From positions 1-64,000 of the forward strand of contig JANPJS010000034.1 in NCBI GenBank assembly GCA_031425655.1: a stretch of DNA of 64,000 nucleotides. The letters run 5' to 3'. The position numbers and the translations under genes were made by a program. Shown piece by piece: positions 47,001 to 55,915 of this stretch. Position 1 is the first letter of the stretch; each line of letters starts with the position of its first letter. The notes below the pieces were generated by a model that did no database searches, was not told where the DNA came from, and was given only the letters and a program-made list of their open reading frames with translations. The stretch comes from Abditibacteriaceae bacterium (lineage in GTDB: Bacteria > Armatimonadota > Abditibacteriia > Abditibacteriales > Abditibacteriaceae).

Positions 47001-47495
47001 CAAAAGATGCGCGTCGTCGTTACCTTCGGGTTTCCAGGCGAGCGGGGCACCTTCGCCGCTTTCGATTGTGCCGTTGGCAAAGCCGCCGGGCAGAAAATCG
47101 GGCACTAATCCGGCTTTTTCGTTGCCCCAGTAAATCCAGAATGCGCGCGTTTGTCCTGCGGCGAGTTCGAGCGGCAGCGTTAATTTATCGCCGTTGGCGA
47201 TTTTGCCTTCGTGTCGCGGCGTGCCGTCAGCGCTCGTGAGGTTGAAAAGCAACTCTTGCTTTGCGTCGTCCAAAACGCGCACGCTGCGCGCTTCACTTCC
47301 GGCCAGAGCGAGGCTGTTTTGCCCAACAATGAGGGTTTGCGGTGCGCCGTCCAGTGGTGTCGGGCTGCTCGCCGTGATTTTCACGCGGTTGGGCCAATAG
47401 CCGCCGTTGTCGAGATAAAGCGGATGCTGCCACGGTGCTTGTTGCGCGAAAACGGGCAGGGTGAGGCAAACGAGGAGGGCACATATCTTCTTCAT
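44040..47495 (-). CDS. Large secreted protein with two CBM4-like modules and a DUF4091/GH123-like domain
   Basis: Signal peptide; NGTIE/NASFE...WFDDV modules; LARNERESLQ, DEP and SSIRLEAVRDGAEDYEY motifs. Confidence 0.8.
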   Translation of the reverse strand: MKKICALLVCLTLPVFAQQAPWQHPLYLDNGGYWPNRVKITASSPTPLDGAPQTLIVGQNSLALAGSEARSVRVLDDAKQELLFNLTSADGTPRHEGKIANGDKLTLPLELAAGQTRAFWIYWGNEKAGLVPDFLPGGFANGTIESGEGAPLAWKPEGNDDAHLLRWESDARSGKKALYAEAKPGASSEWFKWAQTGLPVAPGQQIELRAWVKGENVVGSAGFYVHVNGAKPQIVNQVIKAGDGTFDWKEAIATFIVPETGATMDIGTVLYGTGKAWFDDVSLKISGGENGAAKLDVGAVETVKLKPRPVAHQRAFLPRVNPLLVVPITVYHIQAKAIPTLVTANLQRALFISRLRQPVYWQLVSEGNWIHPARLDKGILTFQTSFFPLNGVETFKLLLSSDKNLRPSPTLAEAALAEGPVNRLQNASFESGGDLPNSWPLSAQKTDGKPVGSAKRVRGGKDGNWAVELTIPPDAKANWSGWHQFAPVQAGAKYLIGAWLRTKDSGGAELNAHWRGAGKKLVKENAFTGAGLALSGTNDWTWRQNIVTAPPDAKFIEIHLTTNTTGTLWHDGVVVRQLKETLTASVGPLRASSAPAPHPAPELRVWQASTALKIFKDDAVHPDVKACEISLARNERESLQLVLRSAKPSSVKIAVSPLKNAAGETLPVEIARVGYVPVDYPTNYYRLDKAKAWERKIPTGTPGSDGWAGDWPDPLYPLKNGDSVQLNAGEAQPLYFIVHAPESAVPRLYNGEYTSDYKGEISIGSRKIPLRVHLRSFMLPKTPSLQITFDLRGPKAPSEASWYRFLAEHHVSPGYLPEPKFTLENGEVKADFADYDKAAALCFDELGMSTMYTPDQFYALGWAYAPRKFLGTTAFTPEWEKTFGGALKLWADHVRAKGWLSKFTFYLSDEPFDTPEVAENLQKFSRFVQKTVPGLPIYSSTWTHMKALDGAVTRWGAGHVGMFPVADIKERKKAGDSFWFTTDGQQCLDTPYLGTERLLSWACFKYGVKGFEFWGVNWWTLDPHRFGWHRYISQSDSEKSAGYYIRYPNGDGYLAYPSKDGPISSIRLEAVRDGAEDYEYLRLLHKKLWNENGITVVLAREIFLMALLRETENQVSIPNAGGRYSSKNQSDPTALLKLRDKIGDAIEGPRR

Positions 47496-47520
47496 AATTC
47501 ACCGCAAAGTCAGACAAAGC

Positions 47521-47573
47521 AAAATGGAGAATTGAGCGTTTTCTCAATTCTCCATTCGCAATTCCAAATTCTA
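47521..47573. repeat. Tandem heptamer (GAGAATT/AATTCTC) inverted-repeat element
   Basis: aatggagaattgag / ctcaattctccatt plus further units; abuts the HD-GYP stop. Confidence 0.7.
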
Positions 47574-48179
47574 TTAAACCGGCACGAAATCCGACTGCGG
47601 AGCCGAAAGCTTACTCACCATATCTACAATTTCGACTTGCCACCAGCCTTTGCCGACTTCTTTTTGCAAGATTTGCATAGCGTCCTCATGTGCGAAAGCG
47701 GTGCGATAAGCGCGGTCGCAGCGCAGCGTGTCGTAAACGTCTACGACCGAAAGGATGCGCATGGCCGGCGTAATGGCATCGCCGCGCAGGCCGTCGGGAT
47801 AGCCGGAGCCGTTGAGTTTTTCATGGTGGCTGCGCATCAAGGGCAGAGCGCCGGCCAGTGACGCGAGTGGCTTGCAAATCTGCACGCTGATGAGCGGATG
47901 CATCTTGGTTTCCTCGAATTCCCATTCGCTCAGGCCCGCAGGCTTGAGCAAAATCGAGTCGGGAATGCCGATATTGCCGATGTCGTGCAAAAGCGCGCCG
48001 TATTTCAGATTAAATAGTTCCGTCTCATCCAGTCCGAGTTTCACGCCGATTTCGAGGCAATAACGAGCCACGCGCTCTGAATGCTGGCGAATGCGGAAGT
48101 CTTTGGCTTCCGCCGCTGTGAGAAGCGCTCGTGCGATGTGTTCTACGGGATCGTTTGAGGATAATTCTAAATTATTCAT
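47574..48179 (-). CDS. HD-GYP domain phosphodiesterase
   Basis: HSERVA, LLHDIG, HHEKLNGSGYP and R.YR motifs. Confidence 0.92.
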   Translation of the reverse strand: MNNLELSSNDPVEHIARALLTAAEAKDFRIRQHSERVARYCLEIGVKLGLDETELFNLKYGALLHDIGNIGIPDSILLKPAGLSEWEFEETKMHPLISVQICKPLASLAGALPLMRSHHEKLNGSGYPDGLRGDAITPAMRILSVVDVYDTLRCDRAYRTAFAHEDAMQILQKEVGKGWWQVEIVDMVSKLSAPQSDFVPV

Positions 48180-48307
48180 GCTGATCTTTTTATCTCATCT
48201 TACGCGGAGGAACCTTTGCGGGGCGCAAAAGCAACTGCGCTCAGAATGACAACGCTTCTTTAATTGCTTTGCCTCGAAACGTTGTCCTTGTAAGGTGAGT
48301 TTCTATT

Positions 48308-48991
48308 TCAATACGCACTTTGCCCGGCAGCGCCATCTCCGGAATCATGCGGTTCCGTTACGGCGGGTGCATCCGTGATTTGCTGCGGTGGCAGTGGCGC
48401 GAACGGTGGCCGCTTGCCGTCCATGTTCATTGGCCCGGACAGGCCCAGAGCCTCGTGCGCGGCGCGCGGCGCGTTCGGCCCGACGGCGGGCAAAAACGTC
48501 TGTTTGGGTTGCTTGCCGCCAAACGTCATCGCCACTTCGTCACACGCAACCATGAATTTCGGGCAGTTCGTGCATTCGCTCCACACGCGCTGCGGCAACA
48601 AGCGCATATCAATCGGCACGAAATCAAGTTTGGCGAAAAACTCCATTTTATTAGTCAGCGTGAACACGCATTCGATGCCCAGAGGCTCGGCTTCGGCCAG
48701 CGCCGCATCCACCAATTTGCGGCCCCAGCCGTGTCCCTGCACTGCATCGCAGACCGCCAGCGCTTTCAATTCCGCCAGCCCGTCCCACGCCGAATGCAGC
48801 GCGCAGCAGCCGGCGACTTTGTCCGCTTCGTCCGCCAGCACCGTGTAATCGCGGATGTTTTCGTAAAGCTCGGTCAAGCTGCGCGGCAGCATATGACCGT
48901 GCTTGTAATCTTTGTCGGTGCGCGCCGCCATTTCATTAATAAGCGCGCGAATTTGCGGCACGTCATCGTTGCGCGCCTTGCGGAGTTTCAT
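48308..48991 (-). CDS. argA: GNAT acetyltransferase, short ArgA-type N-acetylglutamate synthase
   Basis: MLPRS..ELYENIRD, AELKALAV, FTLT and LPQRVWSEC..C motifs. Confidence 0.75.
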   Translation of the reverse strand: MKLRKARNDDVPQIRALINEMAARTDKDYKHGHMLPRSLTELYENIRDYTVLADEADKVAGCCALHSAWDGLAELKALAVCDAVQGHGWGRKLVDAALAEAEPLGIECVFTLTNKMEFFAKLDFVPIDMRLLPQRVWSECTNCPKFMVACDEVAMTFGGKQPKQTFLPAVGPNAPRAAHEALGLSGPMNMDGKRPPFAPLPPQQITDAPAVTEPHDSGDGAAGQSAY

Positions 48992-49006
48992 GAGGTTCTA
49001 CCACAG

Positions 49007-49078
49007 ATTTCACCACAAAGACACGAAGACACAAAGAGCTTTCAGTTTCTTTGTGTCTTCGTGTCTTTGTGGTGAAAT
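49007..49078. repeat. Tandem (CACAAAGA/CACGAAGA) inverted-repeat element
   Basis: 30-bp perfect IR atttcaccacaaagacacgaagacacaaag; starts immediately after the Uma2 stop. Confidence 0.9.
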
Positions 49079-49645
49079 TCACTCGAAAATTTCTTTTATC
49101 GGCAACTCGAATCCCGGCAAAATTTCGCCGCCGGGCACGATGTCGCCTTCGATGTAAGTGACGGGCGCGCCGTCGGAGCGCCGAACGATCAGTGCGCGGC
49201 GTTGCGGTTCGACCAACCAAACGGCTTTGGTGCCCGCTTCCAAATACAATCGCACTTTGTCTTCAATCTCAAACCACAAATCGCCCGGCGAAACGACTTC
49301 GACGGCCAAAGTCGGCGGGCCATCAATAAAGCTTTCGGTGCGCTGACCAACCAACCGCGCCGATTCTAAAAAAGACACATCCGGCCCGCGCACTAAATCG
49401 GGATTATGAAACAAGCGATAACCCGCTTCTACACTGACTCGTCCCAAGCCGTGCTTGCGAACAAAGGCCAACAAATGCGAAAAAATAATGCCCGCGTATT
49501 CTCCGTGATCAAAGCCAACCGGCATAAGGTGCACCACTTTTCCTGCGATTAATTCCGTGTGTTTCGGTGGGCCGGAAGCGAAATACTCTTCGGCTGTCAG
49601 CAGTTTGTCCGCGATGTTTGGTGCCTCTAAAAGCGCGTTTGCCAT
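49079..49645 (-). CDS. Uma2-family (DUF820) endonuclease-fold protein
   Basis: ELIAG, RGPDVSF, PTLAVEVVSP, K...Y..AG...VWLV and LPGF motifs. Confidence 0.92.
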   Translation of the reverse strand: MANALLEAPNIADKLLTAEEYFASGPPKHTELIAGKVVHLMPVGFDHGEYAGIIFSHLLAFVRKHGLGRVSVEAGYRLFHNPDLVRGPDVSFLESARLVGQRTESFIDGPPTLAVEVVSPGDLWFEIEDKVRLYLEAGTKAVWLVEPQRRALIVRRSDGAPVTYIEGDIVPGGEILPGFELPIKEIFE

Positions 49646-49660
49646 GAGTCTTCACCTTGC

Positions 49661-50764
49661 TTAATCTTCAGCGTTCGCGGGTTCGTTAGCCAAATCGGCG
49701 TTGATAACGCTCATCAGCGCGTCCATTTGGTCGGCGGGTTTGGCCCGCGCGACGATTTCGCCCTTGCGGAAAATTAGGCTGATGCCGTTGCCGCCCGCGA
49801 TGCCATAATCGGCGCTTTTGGCTTCACCCGGCCCGTTGACCTCGCAGCCCATCACGGCCACGGAAATCGGCTTGCGAATCGTGCTAACCGCATCGGCGAC
49901 TTGCCCGGCCAAAGGCACCACGTCAATATCGCAGCGACCGCAACTGGGGCAGGAAATCACGTTCACGCCGCGCCGACGCAATTCAAGGCCCGCTAAAATG
50001 TCCCAGCCGACTTTCACTTCGTCGTCGCAAATTCCCGTCAGGCTGACGCGCAGCGTGTCGCCGATGCCGTCGTGCAAGAGCATTCCCATGCCCATCGCCG
50101 ATTTCACGGTGCCAACGCGCGTCAAACCGGCTTCGGTCACGCCCAAGTGCAGCGGATAATCGCCTAATTCTTCGTTGGCGAGGCGATAAGCGGCGACCGT
50201 CGTGCGCACATCGCTGGCTTTGAGCGAAATGATGACATCGCCGAAATCTTCTTTGTCGAAGTAACTGAGTTCGCGCTTGGCCGACTCGATCAGGGCGCGC
50301 GGCGTCATGCCCCATTTGGCCTTGATGTCGGGATCGAGCGAGCCGGCGTTGACGCCAATGCGAATCGGCACCCCCCGCTCTTTGGCGGCGCGCACGATGT
50401 CGCGGATTTTGCCTTCGTTGCGAATGTTGCCGGGATTCAAGCGCAGCTTGTCCACGCCTTGCTCCAGCGCGATCATGGCGAATTTGGCGTTGAAATGGAT
50501 GTCGGCGACGAGCGGAATCTGGATATTGAGGCGAATCCAGCCCAGCGATTTGGCGGAGGCTTCGTCCGGGACGGCCACGCGCACCAAATCGGCGCCGGCC
50601 TGCTGCGCTTGATGAATCTGCTCGATAGTGGCTTTGGTGTCGTCGGTTTTGGTTTTGGTCATCGTTTGCACGGCGATGGGAGCATCGCCGCCGATGAAAA
50701 TGTTGCCGACTTTGACTTTGCGCGTTTTGCGCCGTTGGATGGGAAGAACTTCGTCGAATTTCAT
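49661..50764 (-). CDS. ispG: 4-hydroxy-3-methylbut-2-en-1-yl diphosphate synthase
   Basis: PLVADIHF, RLNPGN, HLGVTEAG, GDTLRVSL, SCPSCGR and MGCEVNGPGEA motifs. Confidence 0.97.
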   Translation of the reverse strand: MKFDEVLPIQRRKTRKVKVGNIFIGGDAPIAVQTMTKTKTDDTKATIEQIHQAQQAGADLVRVAVPDEASAKSLGWIRLNIQIPLVADIHFNAKFAMIALEQGVDKLRLNPGNIRNEGKIRDIVRAAKERGVPIRIGVNAGSLDPDIKAKWGMTPRALIESAKRELSYFDKEDFGDVIISLKASDVRTTVAAYRLANEELGDYPLHLGVTEAGLTRVGTVKSAMGMGMLLHDGIGDTLRVSLTGICDDEVKVGWDILAGLELRRRGVNVISCPSCGRCDIDVVPLAGQVADAVSTIRKPISVAVMGCEVNGPGEAKSADYGIAGGNGISLIFRKGEIVARAKPADQMDALMSVINADLANEPANAED

Positions 50765-50775
50765 GGTAAGTCCAA

Positions 50776-50862
50776 AAGGAATTTTGAATGTCGAACAAGG
50801 AATTTTGAAGGCTGAACGATTCTTCGACCTTCAAAATTCCTTGCTCGACATTCGATATTTTA
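50776..50862. repeat. Tandem (GAATTTT/GAATGTC) inverted-repeat element
   Basis: gaatgtcgaacaaggaattttgaagg / ccttcaaaattccttgctcgacattc between rseP and ispG. Confidence 0.82.
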
Positions 50863-50865
50863 AGG

Positions 50866-52176
50866 CTATCCGCGAATCATGGGTAGCACGTCGTGGATGG
50901 TAATCAGCAGCATGAAAGTTAAAAGCAGCACGATGCCGACCATGTGAACCAGACCTTCTTTTCGCGGATCGAAAGGCCGGCGCATGACCAATTCGTAACC
51001 GAGAAACAAGATGCGCCCGCCGTCTAAGGCCGGCAGCGGCAGCAAGTTCATCAAGCCGAGGTTCACACTGAGGGCTGCGGCCAGCAAAATCGTTTCCTGC
51101 CATGATTTCTCCGCAGTGTGTCCGATGGTCTGCGCGATTTTCACCGGGCCGCCGATATTGCGCTTGTCGTCGGGCGTGAGACGCAGAGTTATCACACGGC
51201 GCAATAAGCCGAAAATGCGCTCCGCTAAACCGTAAGAACCGCGCAAACCGTAGCCGATGGCGCTGTCCCAAAAGCCTTCTTCGCCGCGCAATAGTCCGAC
51301 GCGATGATACTCGGTGACTCGCGTGAACATCACGCCGATGACCGGCGCTTTTTTGGTGGTTACACCGTCTGGTTGAAGTTCATCTTCAATGCGCGGGGTC
51401 AGCGAACTTTTAATTTCCTGTCCGTTGCGGTCAATGACAATATCAACAGGCTTTCCGTTGCCGGAGCGGATCATATCGCGCAATTTGCCGGTGTCGTTGC
51501 TGCGCACGCCGCCGACGGCTAACAAGCGGTCACCGGCTTGAATTCCGGCTTTAGCGGCGGGCATTCCGGGATAAACCATATCAACGCGGTTGTTCACGCT
51601 TTTGTCGTCGGGGACACCGATGAGCGTAAACACTAAGGCGAACACGGTGAGGGCGAAGATGAAATTCATCATTGGCCCGGCAAAAAGAGTCCAAAAACGC
51701 CAGCCCAGCGAAGCGTCCTGAAACTGCTTTTGACCAAACGGCGTATCGGGTCGGGCCGTGCGCGTGGCATCGGCAACCGTTTCGCCCCGGCCTGTGGCGA
51801 CCATTTCTTCCTCGCTGCCCAATCCGGCAATGTCTACCATGCCGCCAATCGGTAAAGCGCCGAGCGAGTAGTCAATGTTGTTGACGCGCTTGGTGTAAAT
51901 CCACGGCGGGAAGCCGAGGGCGAAGCGATTCACTTTCATGCCGCCCCAGCGCGCGAACTGATAATGGCCCCATTCGTGGACGAAAACCAAAATGCTCAGC
52001 GTGATGATGAAAATGACGCCAGCGCGCAGCACATGAGGCTGTTTGACGGCGAGAAACGCTAAAACCGCCACGCCGATGATGATTTGGAGTGCCGTCGTGC
52101 TTTTAGAAGCCGGGTCGGGTTGAACGCTTTGCGGAGCGCCGGGCGGATTGGGTGACAACTGTTGAGGATCGTTCAT
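50866..52176 (-). CDS. rseP: RIP metalloprotease RseP (M50, with PDZ domain)
   Basis: HEWGH, AGPMMN and NLLPLPALDGG motifs; lies between dxr and ispG. Confidence 0.93.
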   Translation of the reverse strand: MNDPQQLSPNPPGAPQSVQPDPASKSTTALQIIIGVAVLAFLAVKQPHVLRAGVIFIITLSILVFVHEWGHYQFARWGGMKVNRFALGFPPWIYTKRVNNIDYSLGALPIGGMVDIAGLGSEEEMVATGRGETVADATRTARPDTPFGQKQFQDASLGWRFWTLFAGPMMNFIFALTVFALVFTLIGVPDDKSVNNRVDMVYPGMPAAKAGIQAGDRLLAVGGVRSNDTGKLRDMIRSGNGKPVDIVIDRNGQEIKSSLTPRIEDELQPDGVTTKKAPVIGVMFTRVTEYHRVGLLRGEEGFWDSAIGYGLRGSYGLAERIFGLLRRVITLRLTPDDKRNIGGPVKIAQTIGHTAEKSWQETILLAAALSVNLGLMNLLPLPALDGGRILFLGYELVMRRPFDPRKEGLVHMVGIVLLLTFMLLITIHDVLPMIRG

Positions 52177-52200
52177 GGCAAAAAGGGCTGATTCACAATT

Positions 52201-53364
52201 TTATAAGGCAATTTGCAGAAATTCGCGGGAGGCTCGACGCGCCCACTCATCGGCGGCGAAAACGTCCGGCAGTGCGGGACGTGCGACGACTTGGTGTCGT
52301 TCCAGCACGCTCTCGATGCACGCCGTGATGCCGTAAAACGTGGTCGCGCCATCAAGGTAGGCTTGCACCGCGATTTCGTTGGCCCCGTTCAGCACTGCGG
52401 GAGCCGTGCCGCCTAAGCGCATGGCGGCGCGGGCCAACTCTAAGGCCGGAAAGCGCGCCAAGTCCGGCGCTTCAAAAGTTAACGGCCCCATCGTGGTTAA
52501 ATTGAGCGGCGGCGACCCGCCGGGCACGCGGTCGGGGAAAAGCAGCGCCCATTGAATCGGCAGGCGCATATCCGGCACGCCGAGTTGCGCTTTCACGCTG
52601 TTGTCGGCGAAAGTCACGAACGAATGCACGATGCTCTGGCGATGCACGACGACATCAATGTCGTCCATCGGCACATCGAAAAGCCAGTGCGCTTCGATCA
52701 TTTCGAGGCCTTTGTTCATCAAAGTGGCCGAGTCAATGGTGATTTTGCGGCCCATCTCCCACGTCGGATGCTTGAGCGCCGCCGTTACGGGCGCGGCTGC
52801 GATTTCCTCGCGCGATTTATCCACGAACGGCCCGCCGGAGGCCGTAATCGTGATGCGCGCGGCGCTGCTCTGCGCTTCTCCGAGCAGGCATTGGGCAATC
52901 GCCGAATGCTCGCTGTCCACGGGCAACAAGTCCACGCCGTGTTTGCGCGCCGCTGTCGTCACCATTTCGCCTGCCGCGACGAGAGTTTCTTTGTTGGCGA
53001 TGGCGATTTGTTTTCCCGATTCGATGGCCGTTAATGTTGGGCCAAGTCCCGCTGCACCGAGCATCGCACCGAGCATCAGCGTGGCTTCGGGATGCGCCGC
53101 GACTTCGGCCACGCCGCCGCTTCCGCCCACGATGCGCGTCGGGCCGCTTATCATTTCGCGCAGGCGTTGGGCCGCGTTTTCATCGGCTAACGCGGCGATT
53201 TTCGGTTGCCATTCCGCGACTTGCTGGGCGAACAGTTCGAGATTGGAGCCGGCGGCGAGTCCGACGACGCGCAGGCGATGCGGCAACGCCCGCGCCACTT
53301 CGAGCGCCTGACGCCCGATGCTGCCGGTGCTGCCGAGAATAACGATGGATTTTGGCTCGCTCAT
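52201..53364 (-). CDS. dxr: 1-deoxy-D-xylulose-5-phosphate reductoisomerase
   Basis: LGSTGSIG, ANKE, PVDSEH, TASGGPF and MGRKITIDSATLMNKGLE motifs. Confidence 0.98.
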   Translation of the reverse strand: MSEPKSIVILGSTGSIGRQALEVARALPHRLRVVGLAAGSNLELFAQQVAEWQPKIAALADENAAQRLREMISGPTRIVGGSGGVAEVAAHPEATLMLGAMLGAAGLGPTLTAIESGKQIAIANKETLVAAGEMVTTAARKHGVDLLPVDSEHSAIAQCLLGEAQSSAARITITASGGPFVDKSREEIAAAPVTAALKHPTWEMGRKITIDSATLMNKGLEMIEAHWLFDVPMDDIDVVVHRQSIVHSFVTFADNSVKAQLGVPDMRLPIQWALLFPDRVPGGSPPLNLTTMGPLTFEAPDLARFPALELARAAMRLGGTAPAVLNGANEIAVQAYLDGATTFYGITACIESVLERHQVVARPALPDVFAADEWARRASREFLQIAL

Positions 53365-53378
53365 GCGCGGAAATGGGC

Positions 53379-54158
53379 TTATTCGGGTGTAGCGTGGCTG
53401 TCAGCGGAGGCCGGAGGCGCCACGCTTTGTAACAGCGTGCCCGATTGGCGAGCGCCAAGAATCATCAGGCCGCCGATTATTAAAACTGGCAAAAAGCGGT
53501 CGAGCAGGGTGCCGCGTCGGGGTGTTAAGTGCCAGCCCTGAATAGAAACAGGCATTGGAAGTTCAGTAGAAGCAGCTTTGACGGGCGAATTGGAAAACGC
53601 GGATGGGCCTGCTTCGCCGGAGCCTGACATTACCGCTTGATGAGCAGGCGGCGCTAAGGCTTCGCGCAATTTCCACAGCGCGAAACTAATGGCTACGACG
53701 GCTAATTTGGCGACAACCGGCGCCTCAATCGTGATGATTCCGGCTAATGCGCCCATCGCGAAAGCCCCGGCAATGGTTGCCAGATAGCCGAGCAGTGGGG
53801 CCGGTGAAAGTTGCTTGAAAGCCGCGCCGAACGCGCTCATGGTGGCGATAGCAACCATCAGCGAGGCCATCATCAGGCCAATGGAAAGCACTAAAATCAC
53901 GAAATCCGATTCGTTGCGGAAGTTGAAATAAATAAAGCCGCCGCTGGAAAGCGCCACAGCCGTGGCAAGTGGTTCCTGTGTCCACAGGCCGCGCCGCGCC
54001 AGAGCCTCGCTCCATTCCTGCGCCGCCATGTAAACCGCCAAGCCGCACGCGAGCAAAAAAGCCGTGCCGTGCAACGCAGGAATGGCTGCGTCTAAGCCTA
54101 ATCCGAGCAGCAAAGCGCCGAATAACAAGGTGTCGAAAAGTCGGTTGGAAACTACCAT
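53379..54158 (-). CDS. Membrane protein in the cdsA position; degenerate CdsA-like
   Basis: Multiple TM helices; synteny uppS-X-dxr; relic motifs SPAPLLG and PRRGTLLDRF. Confidence 0.6.
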   Translation of the reverse strand: MVVSNRLFDTLLFGALLLGLGLDAAIPALHGTAFLLACGLAVYMAAQEWSEALARRGLWTQEPLATAVALSSGGFIYFNFRNESDFVILVLSIGLMMASLMVAIATMSAFGAAFKQLSPAPLLGYLATIAGAFAMGALAGIITIEAPVVAKLAVVAISFALWKLREALAPPAHQAVMSGSGEAGPSAFSNSPVKAASTELPMPVSIQGWHLTPRRGTLLDRFLPVLIIGGLMILGARQSGTLLQSVAPPASADSHATPE

Positions 54159-54180
54159 CGCGGAATTCAGGATAACAAAC

Positions 54181-54262
54181 TTGAGTTATGAATTTTGAGT
54201 TTTAAGTTTTGAGTTAGGCTGGCTCCTAATAACTCAAAACTCAAAATTCATAACTCAAAACT
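54181..54262. repeat. Tandem heptamer (TTTTGAG)n...(CTCAAAA)n inverted-repeat element
   Basis: ttgagttatgaattttgagttttaagttttgagtta / taactcaaaactcaaaattcataactcaaaact; touches the uppS stop. Confidence 0.88.
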
Positions 54263-55022
54263 AATCTTTCACGCCTCCGAAGCGGCGGTCGCGTTTACTG
54301 AAGTCGAGAATGGCGCGGTGCAGTTCGGCGGGCGAAAAGTCCGGCCAGAGCGTCGGCGTCACCCACAATTCGGCATAGGCGATTTGCCAGGGCAGGAAGT
54401 TGGAAATACGCATTTCGCCGCCGGTGCGAATCATCAAATCGGGTTCGGGCAAACCGGCGGTGTAAAGCGAATCGGTGATATGCGTTTCAGTGAGTTCGTC
54501 GGCGCTCAGGCGACCCGCCTGGATTTCGCTGAGCAGGTGGCGAAAGGCATCGGTGATTTCGGCGCGGCCTCCATAATTCAAGGCCAGACTTAGGACTAAG
54601 CCGGTGTTTTTTACGGTTGCGCTGATGCAGTCGTCAATTTGGCGCAAGAGATGGTTCGGCAAGCCTTCGCGCCGCCCGATGTGGCGCACTTGAATGTTAT
54701 TGGCGATCATGTCCGGCAATTCCTGCTTCAGATTGCGCGTAATCAGACGCAAAAGCGCCGTGACTTCGGACGATGGACGCTTCCAGTTTTCCGTGGAAAA
54801 GGTGTAAATCGTGAGCGCCGGAATTTTCAGGTTGACGCATTCCTGAATAATGTCGCGCGTGGAGCGGGCGCCGACCGAGTGGCCGCGAATGACCATCCAG
54901 CCGCGCGCTTTGGCCCAGCGCCGATTGCCGTCCATAATGATCGCGATATGCTGCGGCATTTTCTGAGGATCAAGCGGTTCAGACGACGCCGTGTCGGAAG
55001 AAGAGCGGGGTTGAGACAGCAT
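54261..55022 (-). CDS. uppS: Undecaprenyl diphosphate synthase
   Basis: HIAIIMDGNRRWA, FSTENWKR, NYGGR, RTGGEMRISNF and RRFGG motifs. Confidence 0.97.
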   Translation of the reverse strand: MLSQPRSSSDTASSEPLDPQKMPQHIAIIMDGNRRWAKARGWMVIRGHSVGARSTRDIIQECVNLKIPALTIYTFSTENWKRPSSEVTALLRLITRNLKQELPDMIANNIQVRHIGRREGLPNHLLRQIDDCISATVKNTGLVLSLALNYGGRAEITDAFRHLLSEIQAGRLSADELTETHITDSLYTAGLPEPDLMIRTGGEMRISNFLPWQIAYAELWVTPTLWPDFSPAELHRAILDFSKRDRRFGGVKD

Positions 55023-55027
55023 GATAG

Positions 55028-55288
55028 TTAAGAATCGGAACGTGGAGCGGCTGGTTCGGGCTTGGGTAATTGTTCGCGCGCGATGAGAATTTCACAACGC
55101 GTTTCGGAATTGGAGGAAACGCGGCAGCGAAGCACGCGCCAATCACCGAGCGGCCCGGAGGCGCGCGGCGGAACCGTCTCGACAATCGTCAATTCGTGTC
55201 CGATTAATGCCTTGCGCGCTTCTTCTAAGGGCCAGCCGGTGACATCGGGGACGATCATTTCGCGCGAATGGAAGAAAGTTGCTGACAT
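55028..55288 (-). CDS. Small single-PASTA-like-domain protein
   Basis: IVPDVTGWPLEEARKAL resembles a PASTA start; tightly packed between frr and uppS; start uncertain. Confidence 0.6.
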   Translation of the reverse strand: MSATFFHSREMIVPDVTGWPLEEARKALIGHELTIVETVPPRASGPLGDWRVLRCRVSSNSETRCEILIAREQLPKPEPAAPRSDS

Positions 55289-55296
55289 GAACGCGC

Positions 55297-55854
55297 TCAA
55301 ACTTCCATGATGTCGGCTTCTTTGGCAGCGCGCAGTTTGTCGGCGTCGGCGACAAGGCGGTCGGTGATTTTCTGCACTTCGCCTTCGTAGCGCTGCACGT
55401 CGTCTTTGGTCAGACCACCGTCTTTTTCCAGTTTTTTCAATTGATCGTTGGCGTCGCGGCGAATGTTCCGCAGCGCGACTTTGTGCGCTTCGGCCTTTTT
55501 TGCGGCCATTTTTACCATTTCTTTGCGGCGCTCTTCGTTAAGCGTCGGGACGGAAACGCGCACGTTATCGCCGTCGCGGATGGCTTGAATTCCCAGATCG
55601 CTTTTGGAAATCGCGTTGGCGATTTGCGGCGCGAGAGCTTTGTCCCACGGCGTCACGAGAATCTGGCGCGGATCGGGCGAAGTGACGTTGGCGACCTGTT
55701 TCAGCGGCGTCGGCGTGCCGTAATATTCGACCATGACGCGGTCGAGAAGCGCGGGATTGGCCCGCCCTGTGCGCAGCGTTCCAAGATCGGTTTCCAGATC
55801 GTGCAACGTCGCTTTCATTTTGCGCTCCATCTCGGCAATGACTTGTTTGGGCAT
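55297..55854 (-). CDS. frr: Ribosome recycling factor
   Basis: RTGRANP, YYGTPTPL, EERRKE and RNIRRDA motifs. Confidence 0.98.
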   Translation of the reverse strand: MPKQVIAEMERKMKATLHDLETDLGTLRTGRANPALLDRVMVEYYGTPTPLKQVANVTSPDPRQILVTPWDKALAPQIANAISKSDLGIQAIRDGDNVRVSVPTLNEERRKEMVKMAAKKAEAHKVALRNIRRDANDQLKKLEKDGGLTKDDVQRYEGEVQKITDRLVADADKLRAAKEADIMEV

Positions 55855-55915
55855 AGAGAAAATTCCTTTCGACAGGAATGAAATTCACGATTTCGGCGCG
55901 TTGAATCTTAGCACA

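Noticed and set aside
48190..48300. c-di-GMP riboswitch upstream of the HD-GYP gene
   Set aside because: Only a GGGCGCAAA fragment on the wrong strand; the other conserved elements are missing, and part of the region is a half REP.
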